Under the pieces are notes generated by a model, which saw only the letters and a program-made list of their open reading frames with translations, was not told the DNA's origin and did not search any database. The position numbers and the translations under genes are program-made. From an uncultured Lentimicrobiaceae bacterium (lineage in GTDB: Bacteria > Bacteroidota > Bacteroidia > Bacteroidales > JAGONC01): a DNA stretch of 64,000 bases. The first letter of the stretch is position 1. Each line of letters starts with the position of its first letter. Location of the stretch: NCBI GenBank assembly GCA_964628285.1, contig CAZVNP010000005.1, positions 902 to 64,901 on the forward strand. Reading direction: 5' to 3'. Of the stretch, positions 50,714 to 61,807 are shown piece after piece.

Positions 50714-51331
50714 TTATTTGGCCTTTTTCCTTTTTATATGCCTGAAGATAAAATATCCCACACCCAAAACAAGCAATCCGACAACGATAATATCGGTGAT
50801 GTGGCTATACTCCAGCAGGAGGTTCCATCCGGCCTGTCCCCAGCGGTAGCCGACATAGGTGAGGAACGAATTCCATAATCCTGCTCCGATGATGGTGTAC
50901 ACCAAAAACTTTAAGATGTTCATTTTACCGAAACCGGCCGGTAAGGAAATAATATGACGAACCACAGGTATAAAACGGCACAGAAGAATGGTCACATCAC
51001 CACGGCGGTTGAAAAAACGTTCACTTATCTCCAGGTCACGGCGGTTTAAAAGAAAATATTTCCCGAATTTATCGACAAAGGGTTTGCCGCCGTAATATCC
51101 GATAACATATGACACCAATGATCCGACAATGCTGCCAAGGGTACCGGCCACCACGACCATCGGAAAACTGAATCTGCTTTGAGCCACCAGCAGACCGGCA
51201 GGCGGCAGCACGGCTTCGCTCGGAACAGGAAAAATCATGCTTTCCATCGTCATTAAAATGAATACGCTGATATAGCCTGTCCCGTAAAAAAAATCCAGGA
51301 TGTTTCTCACCAGGAATTCAGTGATGCCCAT
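50714..51331 (-). CDS. DedA-family membrane protein
   Basis: ESMIFPVPSE, RFIPVVRHIISLPAG. Confidence 0.92.
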   Translation of the reverse strand: MGITEFLVRNILDFFYGTGYISVFILMTMESMIFPVPSEAVLPPAGLLVAQSRFSFPMVVVAGTLGSIVGSLVSYVIGYYGGKPFVDKFGKYFLLNRRDLEISERFFNRRGDVTILLCRFIPVVRHIISLPAGFGKMNILKFLVYTIIGAGLWNSFLTYVGYRWGQAGWNLLLEYSHITDIIVVGLLVLGVGYFIFRHIKRKKAK

Positions 51332-51424
51332 CGTCCAATCAATTTAATACCAGTGCAAAGATGGTCATAATTTTCACGTACTGCCCTTTAATTTTCAAAT
51401 AAAAGACAATAAGGGCGGTTAAAA

Positions 51425-51455
51425 TTTGTTATTTCATCAAAATGAGTTATTTTTG
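51425..51455 (+). promoter_or_regulatory. Bacteroidota sigma-A promoter TTTG-N19-TATTTTTG
   Basis: Both -33 and -7 elements present with canonical spacing. Confidence 0.6.
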
Positions 51456-51495
51456 TCATCCTTCTGTACCATGTTTAATTTATATTGACAATTGT

Positions 51496-51624
51496 ATGAA
51501 AAAGATATTTGTTATTCTGCTCACCCTTGTCTTTATTGCTATTGTCATTTCGTCGTGTAAAATACGGGAAAAGTGCCCGGCATACGGCGAGACACAGAAA
51601 TACCAGATAGAACAAAAATACTAA
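51496..51624 (+). CDS. 42-aa small lipoprotein with CPAY motif
   Basis: MKKIFVILLTLVFIAIVISS-CKIREKCPAYG; lipoprotein signal downstream of a good promoter. Confidence 0.75.
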   Translation: MKKIFVILLTLVFIAIVISSCKIREKCPAYGETQKYQIEQKY

Positions 51625-51726
51625 AGCCGTCACTGAAAGCGTTTATTTCCAGGCAAACAAAACCACGGGACAGTTGTTGAACGGTAATAATAAGTATTTT
51701 TGTATTATCAACTTTCCCACTACAGC

Positions 51727-52518
51727 ATGCGCATCCTGTTATATACCTTTTGTTACATTCTTTTACTGGCAGGTCTGCATATCACGGTATCGGCTCAATC
51801 GTATGATAAATATGACCAGGATGAATTCAGTGATGTCAGCGACAGTGTGCTGTTGCTCAAAGAGATGAGCGGGGGGTTCATCCTGCACTCGATGGGATGG
51901 GGGCTGGAGTTTCGCAAAGCCAAAAATTTAACGGTTTTCAACAAGCGTTTCATTGAGTTCGATTTCACCGAGATGAAATCGCCGAAGGAAGTGCGGGTTG
52001 TCAATCCCTATTTTGCCAATGCAAAAAGTTACATCTACGGTAAGCTGAACAGTATTTTTTTACTGAGGGGCGGCATCGGTCTTCAACGCCTGCTGAACAA
52101 CAAACCTTACTGGGGTGGTGTGGAATTAAGGTATTTCTTCTCCGGGGGTGCCGCACTGGCACTAGCCAAACCTGTGTACCTGAACATCATCAACATGGTG
52201 TCCATCTCGCCCACTTACTTCGAATATGAGCTGACGACAGAGAAGTATGATCCCGACAAGCATTTCAGGGATAACATTTACGGGAGGGCGGCGTTTCTGA
52301 AAGGCATCAACGAGATATCGCTCTATCCGGGCATCTATGGCAAAACAGGGCTGAACTTCGATTTCGGCAATTATGCCTCCGTCATCAAAGCCCTGGAGGT
52401 TGGAGCGGCCCTCGATGTTTTCCCCATTGCGGTGCCTATGATGGCATATAATGATCCTGAGAGATTCTTTCTGACGATCTATGTCAGTATCAGTTTTGGA
52501 AAACGCTATAATAAGTAA
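51727..52518 (+). CDS. Hypothetical exported protein, probable outer membrane beta-barrel
   Basis: Signal peptide, YIYGKLN, amphipathic strands, ends YVSISFGKRY. Confidence 0.75.
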   Translation: MRILLYTFCYILLLAGLHITVSAQSYDKYDQDEFSDVSDSVLLLKEMSGGFILHSMGWGLEFRKAKNLTVFNKRFIEFDFTEMKSPKEVRVVNPYFANAKSYIYGKLNSIFLLRGGIGLQRLLNNKPYWGGVELRYFFSGGAALALAKPVYLNIINMVSISPTYFEYELTTEKYDPDKHFRDNIYGRAAFLKGINEISLYPGIYGKTGLNFDFGNYASVIKALEVGAALDVFPIAVPMMAYNDPERFFLTIYVSISFGKRYNK

Positions 52519-52537
52519 CGGCACGCGAATTTATCTT

Positions 52538-53257
52538 TCACCATCCTGAGGCGAGAACGTCGGCCATGTGAATAACCTTAAGGGGAATATGATTTCGCGT
52601 AATATAACCTTCCTGGTGCATCAGGCATGATGCATCCGTCGACACAATGTATTCGGCACCCGTATCAAGGGCATTCAACACTTTTTGCTCGGCCATGGCA
52701 GTGGAAATGGCTTCATGCTTGACAGCGAATGTCCCTCCGAACCCACAACACATGTCGGCATCCTTCATCTCCCTGAGTTCAAGACCCCTGACATGGCGCA
52801 GCAAGATCCGGGGTTCCTCCCTGATACCATATTCCCTCAGGGCAGCACATGAATCGTGATAAGTGACCACCGACTCAAATGTCGCCCCAACATCCTGCAC
52901 CTGCAATACATTGATGATGAAATCGGTAAGCTCAAAAATGTTCCCCTTGAGTTTCTTATATTCGATATGCATGGCGGTGTTGTAAAACAACTTATCGAAG
53001 TAATTCCTGACATAACCCACACATGATGCCGAAGGTCCGACAATATAACGGTCATTCGAAAAATCGTTGATGAACTTCTCCCCGACTTTCTTGGCATGAT
53101 CCCAGAAACCGCTGTTGAAAGCCATCTGACCGCAACAAGTCTGATTTTCATTATAATGAACCTGCACCCCCAGTTTTTCCAACACTTTCACCATGCTCAT
53201 CCCTGTGGAAGGAAATATCTGGTCTATGAAACAGGGGATAAAAAGGTCGACTTCCAT
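52538..53257 (-). CDS. CCG-domain Fe-S protein (LutA/YkgE/LldE family)
   Basis: FIPCFID, QTCCGQ, SASC, YHDSC, CCGFGGTF, DASCLMH. Confidence 0.92.
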   Translation of the reverse strand: MEVDLFIPCFIDQIFPSTGMSMVKVLEKLGVQVHYNENQTCCGQMAFNSGFWDHAKKVGEKFINDFSNDRYIVGPSASCVGYVRNYFDKLFYNTAMHIEYKKLKGNIFELTDFIINVLQVQDVGATFESVVTYHDSCAALREYGIREEPRILLRHVRGLELREMKDADMCCGFGGTFAVKHEAISTAMAEQKVLNALDTGAEYIVSTDASCLMHQEGYITRNHIPLKVIHMADVLASGW

Positions 53258-53286
53258 AAACAGGTTAATCGTAACAGATCATGGGT

Positions 53287-53294
53287 CAAAGGTA
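53287..53294 (-). promoter_or_regulatory. Bacteroidota -7 promoter element (TACCTTTG)
   Basis: TAnnTTTG match 30 nt upstream of ATG 53257. Confidence 0.45.
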
Positions 53295-53392
53295 AGATTA
53301 TAATTCAATCCATTATAAAAAAGAGAGCTCAAAATATGGGCAATAAGAAAGCGATCATACCACGGGAAATGTGAAAAACCAGTTCGCTGACT

Positions 53393-54472
53393 TTAATGGC
53401 GCAGATTCGCATAAAATGCCAGGCCCCCGGCAATCAGCTCATCGCTGCACCACTGGTCGATCATGGCATTGCCGATAGACGGCAACAGTGTCAGGTTGGT
53501 CCGGTCATGTTCATTTTTCTTGTCGTAACGCATGATCTCCAGAAGGGCTTCCTGATCGGCCGGAGAGAGAGAGTAGTACATGAAATTATCCAGGATGTAA
53601 TTAACTATTTCGTCCATGGCTTTGCCCGAAAGGCCTCTGATCTTGTTCGACAGATAGGTTTCGCAGATCATACCCAGGGCAACAGCATGCCCGTGGGTGA
53701 GGCGGTTATCCTTTTTCATCAACGACATGGTTTCAAAGGCATGACCGAAGGTATGACCGAAATTAAGCCGGCGTCGCAGACTTTTTTCCACAGGATCATT
53801 TCCCACGATGCTGTTTTTTATCTCGACAGAGCGCAGTATCAGGTCATCCCATTCCAGAATGTCGGAAAAGGGACGGCTGCGCAACACCTCCCAGTAATGC
53901 TGGTCGGTGATGAGAGCATGCTTGATCATCTCTGCAAAACCCGAGCGTTTTTGATTATCATCGAGCGTGGCAAGGAGTGAAGGGATAATGAAGACAGCCT
54001 GAGGCTGTGAGAAGAGCCCTATCTGGTTTTTCAGGTCGAACAGGTTGACGCCCACCTTACCGCCCACGGCCGCATCCACCTGTGCCAGCAAGGTTGTGGG
54101 TATGTTCACATAACGTATCCCCCGTTTATAGGTGGAAGCCACAAAACCACCCATATCCATGATGACGCCACCACCCAGATTGATGATCACCGACCGGCGC
54201 TGAGCGTTGACGTTAAGCAGATGCTTCCAAAGCTCGATGCATGTATTGATGTTCTTGTTCTCCTCACCGCTTTTCACTTCGATGACGCGTGCCCCTGCCA
54301 GGGCCGGCACCTTGCTTCTGAGAACCGGCAGACAATAACGTTGGGTATTTTCGTCAACCAGGATAATAATCATCTCATCCCTGACATCAGGATCCCTGAA
54401 AAACGGCTGGATCTCTTCAAATACATCGTCGCCGACATAAATGTAATAGGACTCTGATCGTATCGTATGCAT
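53393..54472 (-). CDS. aroB: 3-dehydroquinate synthase
   Basis: GEENK, LGGGVIMD, PTTLLAQVDAAVGGK, LNFGHTFGHA, HGHAVA. Confidence 0.95.
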   Translation of the reverse strand: MHTIRSESYYIYVGDDVFEEIQPFFRDPDVRDEMIIILVDENTQRYCLPVLRSKVPALAGARVIEVKSGEENKNINTCIELWKHLLNVNAQRRSVIINLGGGVIMDMGGFVASTYKRGIRYVNIPTTLLAQVDAAVGGKVGVNLFDLKNQIGLFSQPQAVFIIPSLLATLDDNQKRSGFAEMIKHALITDQHYWEVLRSRPFSDILEWDDLILRSVEIKNSIVGNDPVEKSLRRRLNFGHTFGHAFETMSLMKKDNRLTHGHAVALGMICETYLSNKIRGLSGKAMDEIVNYILDNFMYYSLSPADQEALLEIMRYDKKNEHDRTNLTLLPSIGNAMIDQWCSDELIAGGLAFYANLRH

Positions 54473-54486
54473 GGCAAGCAGTATTA

Positions 54487-55710
54487 TCAGTGGAAAGCGG
54501 CCATTAACAATTCAATGTCACGGTATGGGAGGGCAAAGGTATCGCTGATGATTTTCTTTGTGATGATGCCATTCAGGACATAAACGCCCTGGCGCACTCC
54601 TTTATCGAGGCGCAGGAGGTTTTCCAGGCCACCCTCCTCCCCAATCCTGAGAAGAATGGATGTGATGTAATTGCTTATGGCGTATGACGCCGTGCGTGGG
54701 ACACGTGAGGCGATATTGGGAACACAATAATGGGTGACGTCATATTTCTTGAACACCGGATTTAAATGATTGGTTGCTTCGGATGTTTCGCAACATCCCC
54801 CCTGATCGATGCTCACGTCCACGATGACAGCTCCGGGTTTCATCTGGCGCACCATTTCCTCGCTGACCACCACGGGTGTGCGCCCCTCCTCGGAATAGAT
54901 GGCGCCGATGACCACGTCGGCTCTTTTCAGGGTCTCCTGCAGCACCTTGGGCTGGATAATGGAGGTGTAGACTCTGGCATTCAGGTTGTTTTGCAGACGG
55001 CGCAGCCGGTATATCGAATTGTCGAAGACCTTGACCGAGGCACCCAGTCCCTGCGCCGCACGCACCGCATATTCTCCCACCGTCCCGGCGCCCAGGATCA
55101 CCACCTCCGTTGGGGTTATCCCGGTCACACCTCCCAGCAAACACCCTTTGCCATAACCGGGTTTACTCAGGTACTCCGCTGCAATAAGAACCGCGGTGCT
55201 GCCCACGATCTCGCTCATCAACCGCCGCAGCGGATAAGCATCGGTTTTATCCATGATGTATTCGAAAGCTATGGCAGTCATCTTCCTGCCGATCATCTTC
55301 CTGAAGTAACTCTCATTCTGACCTGTCAGATTAAGAGCAGAAATGACGGTTTGCCTGCCCTTCAGCAAGTCTATCTCACCGGGCTCGGGCGGAGCAATCT
55401 TAAGGATAAGATCGGCCTTGTAAACATCCTCCTTTGAATAATGGATGTGAGCGCCTGCATCAGCGTATTTCTCATCACTGAAAAAAGCACTTTCACCGGC
55501 ACCCGCCTCTATCATCACCTCGTGCCCGTTGGCGACCAGCACAGCTACGGCCTGAGGCACCAGGGCAATGCGGTGCTCATGACCTGAAACCTCCCTCGGA
55601 ACACCTATTTTCAGATTGGACTTATCCTTCGATACCTCAAGAACCTCTTCCTTTGGCATCAACTTACCGACAGGCGACATCTTTAAGACATTGTTATGAT
55701 CCGAAATCAT
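54487..55710 (-). CDS. ald: Alanine dehydrogenase
   Basis: IGVPRE, EHRIAL, GAGTVG, VDVSIDQGG, HYCVPNI. Confidence 0.9.
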   Translation of the reverse strand: MISDHNNVLKMSPVGKLMPKEEVLEVSKDKSNLKIGVPREVSGHEHRIALVPQAVAVLVANGHEVMIEAGAGESAFFSDEKYADAGAHIHYSKEDVYKADLILKIAPPEPGEIDLLKGRQTVISALNLTGQNESYFRKMIGRKMTAIAFEYIMDKTDAYPLRRLMSEIVGSTAVLIAAEYLSKPGYGKGCLLGGVTGITPTEVVILGAGTVGEYAVRAAQGLGASVKVFDNSIYRLRRLQNNLNARVYTSIIQPKVLQETLKRADVVIGAIYSEEGRTPVVVSEEMVRQMKPGAVIVDVSIDQGGCCETSEATNHLNPVFKKYDVTHYCVPNIASRVPRTASYAISNYITSILLRIGEEGGLENLLRLDKGVRQGVYVLNGIITKKIISDTFALPYRDIELLMAAFH

Positions 55711-55711
55711 T

Positions 55712-56128
55712 TCAATAGGTAATTATTCTGCTCTGGTCTTTTTCGTTGATATTGATTTGAATATATACGAAATTATCAGGTAAAAGTTCCTCAAATTTTT
55801 CAGGCCATTCGATCAGACAATAATGTCCGCTGAATAAATAATCTTCATATCCGATGTCGTAAAGTTCCTCGGCTTTTGCAAGCCTGAAAAAATCAAAGTG
55901 ATAAACGCTGTCATTGCGGTCGGTTTTATATTCATTGATGATGGAAAACGTGGGGCTGTTGACCACGTCGACAACACCAAGGACCCTGCAGAACGACTTG
56001 ATGAGGGTGGTCTTACCGGCCCCCATGGGTCCGCTGAAGCCAAATACCCTCTCATCCGGAAAATGACGGAGCAGACTGCGCGAAATGTCGTCCAGTCCGG
56101 TTAATCTTTTACAGATTAAGGTTGCCAT
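55712..56128 (-). CDS. tsaE: tRNA t6A biosynthesis ATPase TsaE
   Basis: GPMGAGKTT, SPTFSIINEY, HFDFFRL, IEWPE. Confidence 0.95.
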   Translation of the reverse strand: MATLICKRLTGLDDISRSLLRHFPDERVFGFSGPMGAGKTTLIKSFCRVLGVVDVVNSPTFSIINEYKTDRNDSVYHFDFFRLAKAEELYDIGYEDYLFSGHYCLIEWPEKFEELLPDNFVYIQININEKDQSRIITY

Positions 56129-56144
56129 GCCACCATTTTCGTTG

Positions 56145-57704
56145 TTATACTGTTTTAGGAATCAGACTGATAAAAGGGATAACCATTTCTTCCATCGATA
56201 TGCCACCATGCTGAAAGGTGTTCCTGTAATAGTTCACATAATAGTTATAGTTGTTGGGGTATGCGAAAAAATCATCATTCCTGCAAAACACATACGCCGT
56301 GCTGACATTTGTCCGGGGGAGAAAAGCATCCTCGGGATTCCTGATCTCGAACACTTCTCTCTTCTGATAATTAAGGGATTTTCCCGATTTGTAACGCAGG
56401 TTGGTGGTGGTGAACTTATCACCTATGATTTTAACCGGGTTCTGGACCCTGACGGATCCGTGATCGGTTGTCAGCACTAGATTAACCCCTTTTTCAGCAA
56501 GATAGCGGATGATATCCAGCAAGGGAGAATGTTCAAACCATGACAGGGTGACGGAACGGTATGCGGGCTCATCATCGGCCAGCTCACGTATGATCTCCAT
56601 CTCGGTACGGGCATGCGATAACATGTCGACAAAATTGAAGACAATAACATTGAACTTATTGCCCAAGAGGTTGGGAATGTTATCAACCAGTTTACGCCCG
56701 ACACCCAGGTTCAGAACCTTATTATATGAAAATTTGAAATCCTTGCCGAAACGTTTAAGCTGTTCCCCAAGCAGCTCCTCTTCATATTGGTTCTTGGTAC
56801 CCTCATCTTCCTCATTCAGCCACATCTGCGGGTATTTTTTCTCGATCTCCGACGGCATCAAACCTGCAAAAAGAGCATTCCGCGCATATTGCGTGGTTGT
56901 AGGTAAAATGCTGTAATAAAGATCCTCCCTGTCAACCCTGTAATAATTCCCGATGATCGGCTGAATGACCTTCCACTGGTCAAAACGCATATTGTCGATC
57001 AGGATCATGAATAACGGGGTTCCGTTATTGAGCAACGGGAATATCTTATCCCTGATGAGTGTATGCGACAGCACCGGCTTCGATTCGGCCGAACCATTGA
57101 TCCAATTGATGTAATTCGCTTCGATGAACTTGGAGAAGACCACATTGGCTTCTTCCTTCTGCATACGTAAAATCTCCATGATGCTCTCATCCTGTGCATC
57201 ATATAACTCAAGTTCCCAAAAAACCAGTTTTTTATATATATCAACCCATTCCTGATAATTGAGGTCATTGGTCAGCTCCATCCCGATGCTGCGGAATTCC
57301 TGCTGATAGGTATAAGTGGTTTTTTCACTGACGAGCTTTTTTGTATCCAGGTTCTTTTTGAGGCTCAACAGGATCTGCTTGGGATGCACCGGTTTGATCA
57401 GATAATCGGATATCTTCGACCCGATGGCATCTTCCATGATCGTCTCTTCCTCGCTTTTGGTGATCATGACGACAGGCAGGTCGGGAAACTTATTTTTCAT
57501 CATCGAAAGGGTTTCGATACCCGACATACCCGGCATCTGTTCATCGAGAAGGACAATATCAAAAGGCTGTGAATCTAAAATCTCAAGGGCTTCGTTGCCA
57601 TTATTCGAGGTGACGACGCTATAGCCTTTCTCTTCCAGAAAAATAATATGCGGACGTAAAAGCTCGATCTCATCATCCACCCATAATACATTTATTTTTG
57701 CCAT
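56145..57704 (-). CDS. porX: Response regulator PorX (REC plus PglZ domain)
   Basis: LWVDDE, ITKSEEE, IDNMRFDQW, LPTTTQYARN, VDMLSH, TTDHG, FQHGGISMEEM; followed by tsaE. Confidence 0.92.
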   Translation of the reverse strand: MAKINVLWVDDEIELLRPHIIFLEEKGYSVVTSNNGNEALEILDSQPFDIVLLDEQMPGMSGIETLSMMKNKFPDLPVVMITKSEEETIMEDAIGSKISDYLIKPVHPKQILLSLKKNLDTKKLVSEKTTYTYQQEFRSIGMELTNDLNYQEWVDIYKKLVFWELELYDAQDESIMEILRMQKEEANVVFSKFIEANYINWINGSAESKPVLSHTLIRDKIFPLLNNGTPLFMILIDNMRFDQWKVIQPIIGNYYRVDREDLYYSILPTTTQYARNALFAGLMPSEIEKKYPQMWLNEEDEGTKNQYEEELLGEQLKRFGKDFKFSYNKVLNLGVGRKLVDNIPNLLGNKFNVIVFNFVDMLSHARTEMEIIRELADDEPAYRSVTLSWFEHSPLLDIIRYLAEKGVNLVLTTDHGSVRVQNPVKIIGDKFTTTNLRYKSGKSLNYQKREVFEIRNPEDAFLPRTNVSTAYVFCRNDDFFAYPNNYNYYVNYYRNTFQHGGISMEEMVIPFISLIPKTV

Positions 57705-57957
57705 TGAATAGAATACAACTAATTAATAATCAATAACTCAAAACACATCAATTAATCAATAGTTAATTGACATACTATAAACATTTCATCCTGACATAAT
57801 GTTTAAGCTTCAATAAAAAAACAAAATCAGATAATAGATTGATATACAATAATTTGATATTCTTTTCGCGGATATTTATTTTGTGAACGGAAAATTCGTA
57901 ATATTGAATTTTGTTGTTAAACGTTTTCAATTAATTCATAAACAAAATTATATCATT

Positions 57958-59211
57958 TTGTCACGCAGTTACCCGGTTAATAAAAGGAAAATATTCAATG
58001 ATCCCGTTTACGGATTTATCACCATTCCGGGCGAGGTTGCTTTCGATATCATTGAGCATCCCTACTTTCAGCGATTAAGGCGCATCAAGCAGCTGGGGCT
58101 GACCGACATGGTTTATCCCGGTGCTTTGCATACGCGTTTTCATCATTCCCTTGGCGCCATGCATCTGATGCGGCAGGCTCTGGAAACGCTCAGGCTGAAA
58201 GGAACCGATATCAGCGATAAAGAGGCCGAAGGGGTGTTGCTGGCCATTTTGTTACATGACATCGGTCATACGCCTTTTTCACATACACTCGAAAGCCTCA
58301 TTGTCTTTGGCATCACCCACGAAGAGCTGACCGACCTGTTCATCCGCCGGTTCAATGAAATATTTGACGGACGTCTGTCCGTCGCGCTGGATATCTTCAG
58401 AAACAATTATCCGAAGAATTTCCTCCATCAGCTTGTTTCGAGCCAGCTCGATATGGACCGGCTCGATTTTCTGAAACGTGACAGTTTTTATACGGGTGTC
58501 TCCGAGGGCGTTATCAACACCGAGCGCATCATCGATATGCTGGATGTGAAACACGACGGCCTGGTTGTCGAGGCAAAAGGGATATATTCCATCGAAAAAT
58601 TTATCGTTGCCCGCCGTCTGATGTACTGGCAGGTTTATCTTCATAAAACCGTGATCGCTGCCGAAAGGATGCTGGTCAAGATACTGGAAAGAGCCCGTTT
58701 TCTCTGCAAAAAGCAAGAGGAGCTCTTCTCCACATCTGCTCTGTCTAAATTTCTGAAAAACAATTACAACAAGCATGACTTCGCTTATAATACCGATCTC
58801 CTTGATTCTTTTGCCGCCCTTGACGATTATGATATTTTCACATCCATTAAAGTTTGGATGGCACATAAAGACTGCATCCTTTCAACATTGAGCCGCGATC
58901 TGGTCCTGCGCCATCTGTTCAGGATTGAAATCAGCCCTTCGCCTTTTGATAAAAGTTACATTGACATAATCAAGGAGAAGGTGTGCAGAAAATATAAGCT
59001 GGATAAAGAAGATGCGGATTATTTTGTCATTACCGACCTGATCGCCAACAACGCTTATAATCCGTTCAATGATAAGATAAATATCTGTGACAGGGAGGGA
59101 AAAATTGTCGATATTGCCGAAGCTTCCGACCAGTTGAATGTGGCCGTGTTATCGAACACGGTTACAAAATATTATCTTTGTTATCCTAAAACGATTACAA
59201 AACCAGCATGA
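57958..59211 (+). CDS. HD-domain phosphohydrolase (dNTP triphosphohydrolase-like)
   Basis: [42 protein letters not shown]. Start likely TTG at 57958. Confidence 0.92.
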   Translation: MSRSYPVNKRKIFNDPVYGFITIPGEVAFDIIEHPYFQRLRRIKQLGLTDMVYPGALHTRFHHSLGAMHLMRQALETLRLKGTDISDKEAEGVLLAILLHDIGHTPFSHTLESLIVFGITHEELTDLFIRRFNEIFDGRLSVALDIFRNNYPKNFLHQLVSSQLDMDRLDFLKRDSFYTGVSEGVINTERIIDMLDVKHDGLVVEAKGIYSIEKFIVARRLMYWQVYLHKTVIAAERMLVKILERARFLCKKQEELFSTSALSKFLKNNYNKHDFAYNTDLLDSFAALDDYDIFTSIKVWMAHKDCILSTLSRDLVLRHLFRIEISPSPFDKSYIDIIKEKVCRKYKLDKEDADYFVITDLIANNAYNPFNDKINICDREGKIVDIAEASDQLNVAVLSNTVTKYYLCYPKTITKPA

Positions 59212-59229
59212 AGCTTTCAGAAAATCATT

Positions 59230-59237
59230 TATATTTG
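59230..59237 (+). promoter_or_regulatory. Bacteroidota -7 promoter element (TATATTTG) for lpxD
   Basis: TAnnTTTG match about 40 nt upstream of ATG 59276. Confidence 0.55.
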
Positions 59238-59275
59238 CGGCTGAAATTGATGATAATCTTTACTTCTTTTGCAGA

Positions 59276-60310
59276 ATGAATTTCACTGTCAGGCAAATAG
59301 CCCAATTGCTCAATGGTCATATTGAGGGTGATCCTGAGATCATGGTCACCGGATTATCAAAGATCGAGGAAGGGCTTCCGGGAACATTGAGTTTTTTAGC
59401 CAATCCTAAATACACATCATATATTTACACCACGAGAGCTTCTGTCGTTATCGTCAACAAGAGCTTCACTCCCGACCAACCCCTTGCCAGCACCCTGATC
59501 CGTGTGGATGATCCCTATACCAGTTTTGCCAGGCTACTTGAGCTTTATGATCATACCAAGTCACTGACGGCGGGTATCTCACGTTACGCCGTTATTTCAG
59601 CTTCGGCCCGGCTCGACGAACATGTCTATGTGGGTGACCTGTCCTGTATCGGTAATGAAGCCATCATCGCCTGTCATGTCAAGATCTTCCCGCAGGTTTT
59701 TATTGGTGACCGTGTTCAGATCGGCGAAAACACCCTCATCTACCCGGGAGTCAGGATTTACTCGGGTACCGTGATCGGCAAAAATTGTATCATCCAGTCG
59801 GGAGTGGTTATCGGTTCCGACGGCTTCGGCTTTGCCCCGCAAGCCGATAACCAGTATAAAAAAGTATCCCAGATAGGTAACGTCATCATTGAGGACAATG
59901 TCGAAATTGGAGCCAACACCACCATCGACCGAGCCACCCTCGGTTCGACGATCATCAGAAAAGGGGTGAAGCTCGACAATCTCATCCAGATCGCACATAA
60001 TGTCGAAGTGGGTGAGAATACGGTCATCGCCGCTCAGACGGGTATCTCCGGGTCAACGAAAATTGGGAAGAATTGCATGATCGGGGGTCAGGTCGGGATC
60101 ATCGGTCATCTCATCATCGGTGACAATGTCAAAATAGCAGCCCAATCGGGTATCAGCTCCAACATCAAGGACGGTGAGGTGGTTATGGGCTCCCCGGCTT
60201 TCGGTATAGAAAAATACAGAAAATCATACATTCATTTCCGTAACCTCGATAAATCCATTAAAAAACTGGAAGATTTGGAAAAATTACTCTTAAAAAAACG
60301 GCGGACTTAG
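59276..60310 (+). CDS. lpxD: UDP-3-O-(3-hydroxyacyl)glucosamine N-acyltransferase
   Basis: SFLANPKY, hexapeptide repeats, [23 protein letters not shown]. Confidence 0.95.
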   Translation: MNFTVRQIAQLLNGHIEGDPEIMVTGLSKIEEGLPGTLSFLANPKYTSYIYTTRASVVIVNKSFTPDQPLASTLIRVDDPYTSFARLLELYDHTKSLTAGISRYAVISASARLDEHVYVGDLSCIGNEAIIACHVKIFPQVFIGDRVQIGENTLIYPGVRIYSGTVIGKNCIIQSGVVIGSDGFGFAPQADNQYKKVSQIGNVIIEDNVEIGANTTIDRATLGSTIIRKGVKLDNLIQIAHNVEVGENTVIAAQTGISGSTKIGKNCMIGGQVGIIGHLIIGDNVKIAAQSGISSNIKDGEVVMGSPAFGIEKYRKSYIHFRNLDKSIKKLEDLEKLLLKKRRT

Positions 60311-60400
60311 GCTCCTGTTTTCCTAACGGGATGACCTCACCTCCGAGATGAGCAGGAAGGTTGGGAGAGTGCTTCCGGTGGTTTATGCTGAAACCTGATT

Positions 60401-61807
60401 ATGATAGAAAGGCAAAAAACGATAAAAAAACCTGTCAGTGTGGCCGGTGCCGGACTGCACACGGGGAAATATGTCACCCTGACATTTAAGCCGGCGCCTG
60501 TCAATGAGGGTATCCGTTTCAAACGCATTGATCTGGCGGGAACACCCCTCGTAGCCGCTGACGTGGACAATGTGGTGGATACCACCAGGGGAACAACACT
60601 CGAAGAAAACGGCGCCAGAATCCTTACTGTGGAACATGTCCTGGCAGCCGTGGCCGGCCTGAGCATTGATAACATCCTGATTGAGATTGATTATTCAGAG
60701 ACTCCGATCCTCGACGGCAGCTCCAGATTTTACGTCGATGCCCTTGCCAAAGCCGGTATCATCGAACAGAATGCCCTTCGCAAACCTTTCACCATCGATA
60801 CCAACATCTCATACAAGGATCCCGAACATAAAGTGGAACTTCTCATTCTCCCTGATGATAAATTCAGACTGTCGGTGATGATTGACTTTGAAACCAAAGT
60901 GCTGGGGACACAGTATGCCATTATGGACAATATGGCCGATTTCAGGGATGAGATCGCCTCAAGCCGCACGTTTGTCTTCCTGCATGAACTGGAATACCTT
61001 CTTCAGAACAATCTGATCAAAGGGGGCGATCTGAATAATGCCATTGTCTTCGTTGAGAAAATCATTTCACAGGATGAGCTGGACCGTCTGGCTGAAGTTT
61101 TCCACAAACCCAAAATAGCCGTTCAGAATGAAGGCATTCTGAATAATGCCACCTTGCATTACAGCAATGAACCGGCGCGCCATAAGCTCCTCGATCTGGT
61201 GGGCGACCTGGCCCTGATCGGCGTACCCCTGAAAGGCCATATCGTTGCCAAACGTCCGGGTCATTACTCCAATGTTCAGTTTGCCAGGATCATCAGGCAA
61301 CATATCCGAAAAGAAAGCAAACACATCCATGCACCCGTGGTGGATCCCAATAAACCACCGCTCTATGACATCTACGAGATACAAAAATTCCTTCCCCACC
61401 GTCCGCCTTTTCTCCTTGTTGACAAAATCATCGAAATGAACGACACGGAGGTCATCGGCCTGAAAAATGTCACCATGAATGAGTCCTTTTTTGTGGGGCA
61501 TTTTCCCGATGAGCCGGTGATGCCGGGTGTTTTACAAGTCGAAGCCATGGCGCAGGCCGGCGGTATCCTGGTGCTTAACACCGTACCGGATCCTAAAGAG
61601 TATGTACCCTATTTCCTCAAAATCGAGAACGTCAAGTTCAGACATAAGGTCATACCAGGCGATACGCTGGTCTTCAGACTTTTTCTGGCCTCACCCATCC
61701 GGCGAGGCATCTGCCACATGAAAGGCATTGCCTTTGTCGGCGATAAAGTGGTAACGGAGGCCGAATTGTTTGCTCAGATCACCAAACGAACAACCCCCAG
61801 GCTATGA
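60401..61807 (+). CDS. lpxC: Bifunctional LpxC-FabZ
   Basis: TVEHVLAA, DGSS and RHKLLD (LpxC); LPHRPPFLLVD, GHFP and PGVLQVEAMAQ (FabZ). Confidence 0.96.
   Translation: MIERQKTIKKPVSVAGAGLHTGKYVTLTFKPAPVNEGIRFKRIDLAGTPLVAADVDNVVDTTRGTTLEENGARILTVEHVLAAVAGLSIDNILIEIDYSETPILDGSSRFYVDALAKAGIIEQNALRKPFTIDTNISYKDPEHKVELLILPDDKFRLSVMIDFETKVLGTQYAIMDNMADFRDEIASSRTFVFLHELEYLLQNNLIKGGDLNNAIVFVEKIISQDELDRLAEVFHKPKIAVQNEGILNNATLHYSNEPARHKLLDLVGDLALIGVPLKGHIVAKRPGHYSNVQFARIIRQHIRKESKHIHAPVVDPNKPPLYDIYEIQKFLPHRPPFLLVDKIIEMNDTEVIGLKNVTMNESFFVGHFPDEPVMPGVLQVEAMAQAGGILVLNTVPDPKEYVPYFLKIENVKFRHKVIPGDTLVFRLFLASPIRRGICHMKGIAFVGDKVVTEAELFAQITKRTTPRL

Noticed and set aside
56145-57704. PglZ domain as part of a BREX defence system
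   Set aside because: REC-PglZ fusion next to tsaE is the known PorX; no brx genes present.
60401-61807. LpxC-FabZ fusion as a novelty
   Set aside because: Standard in Bacteroidota.
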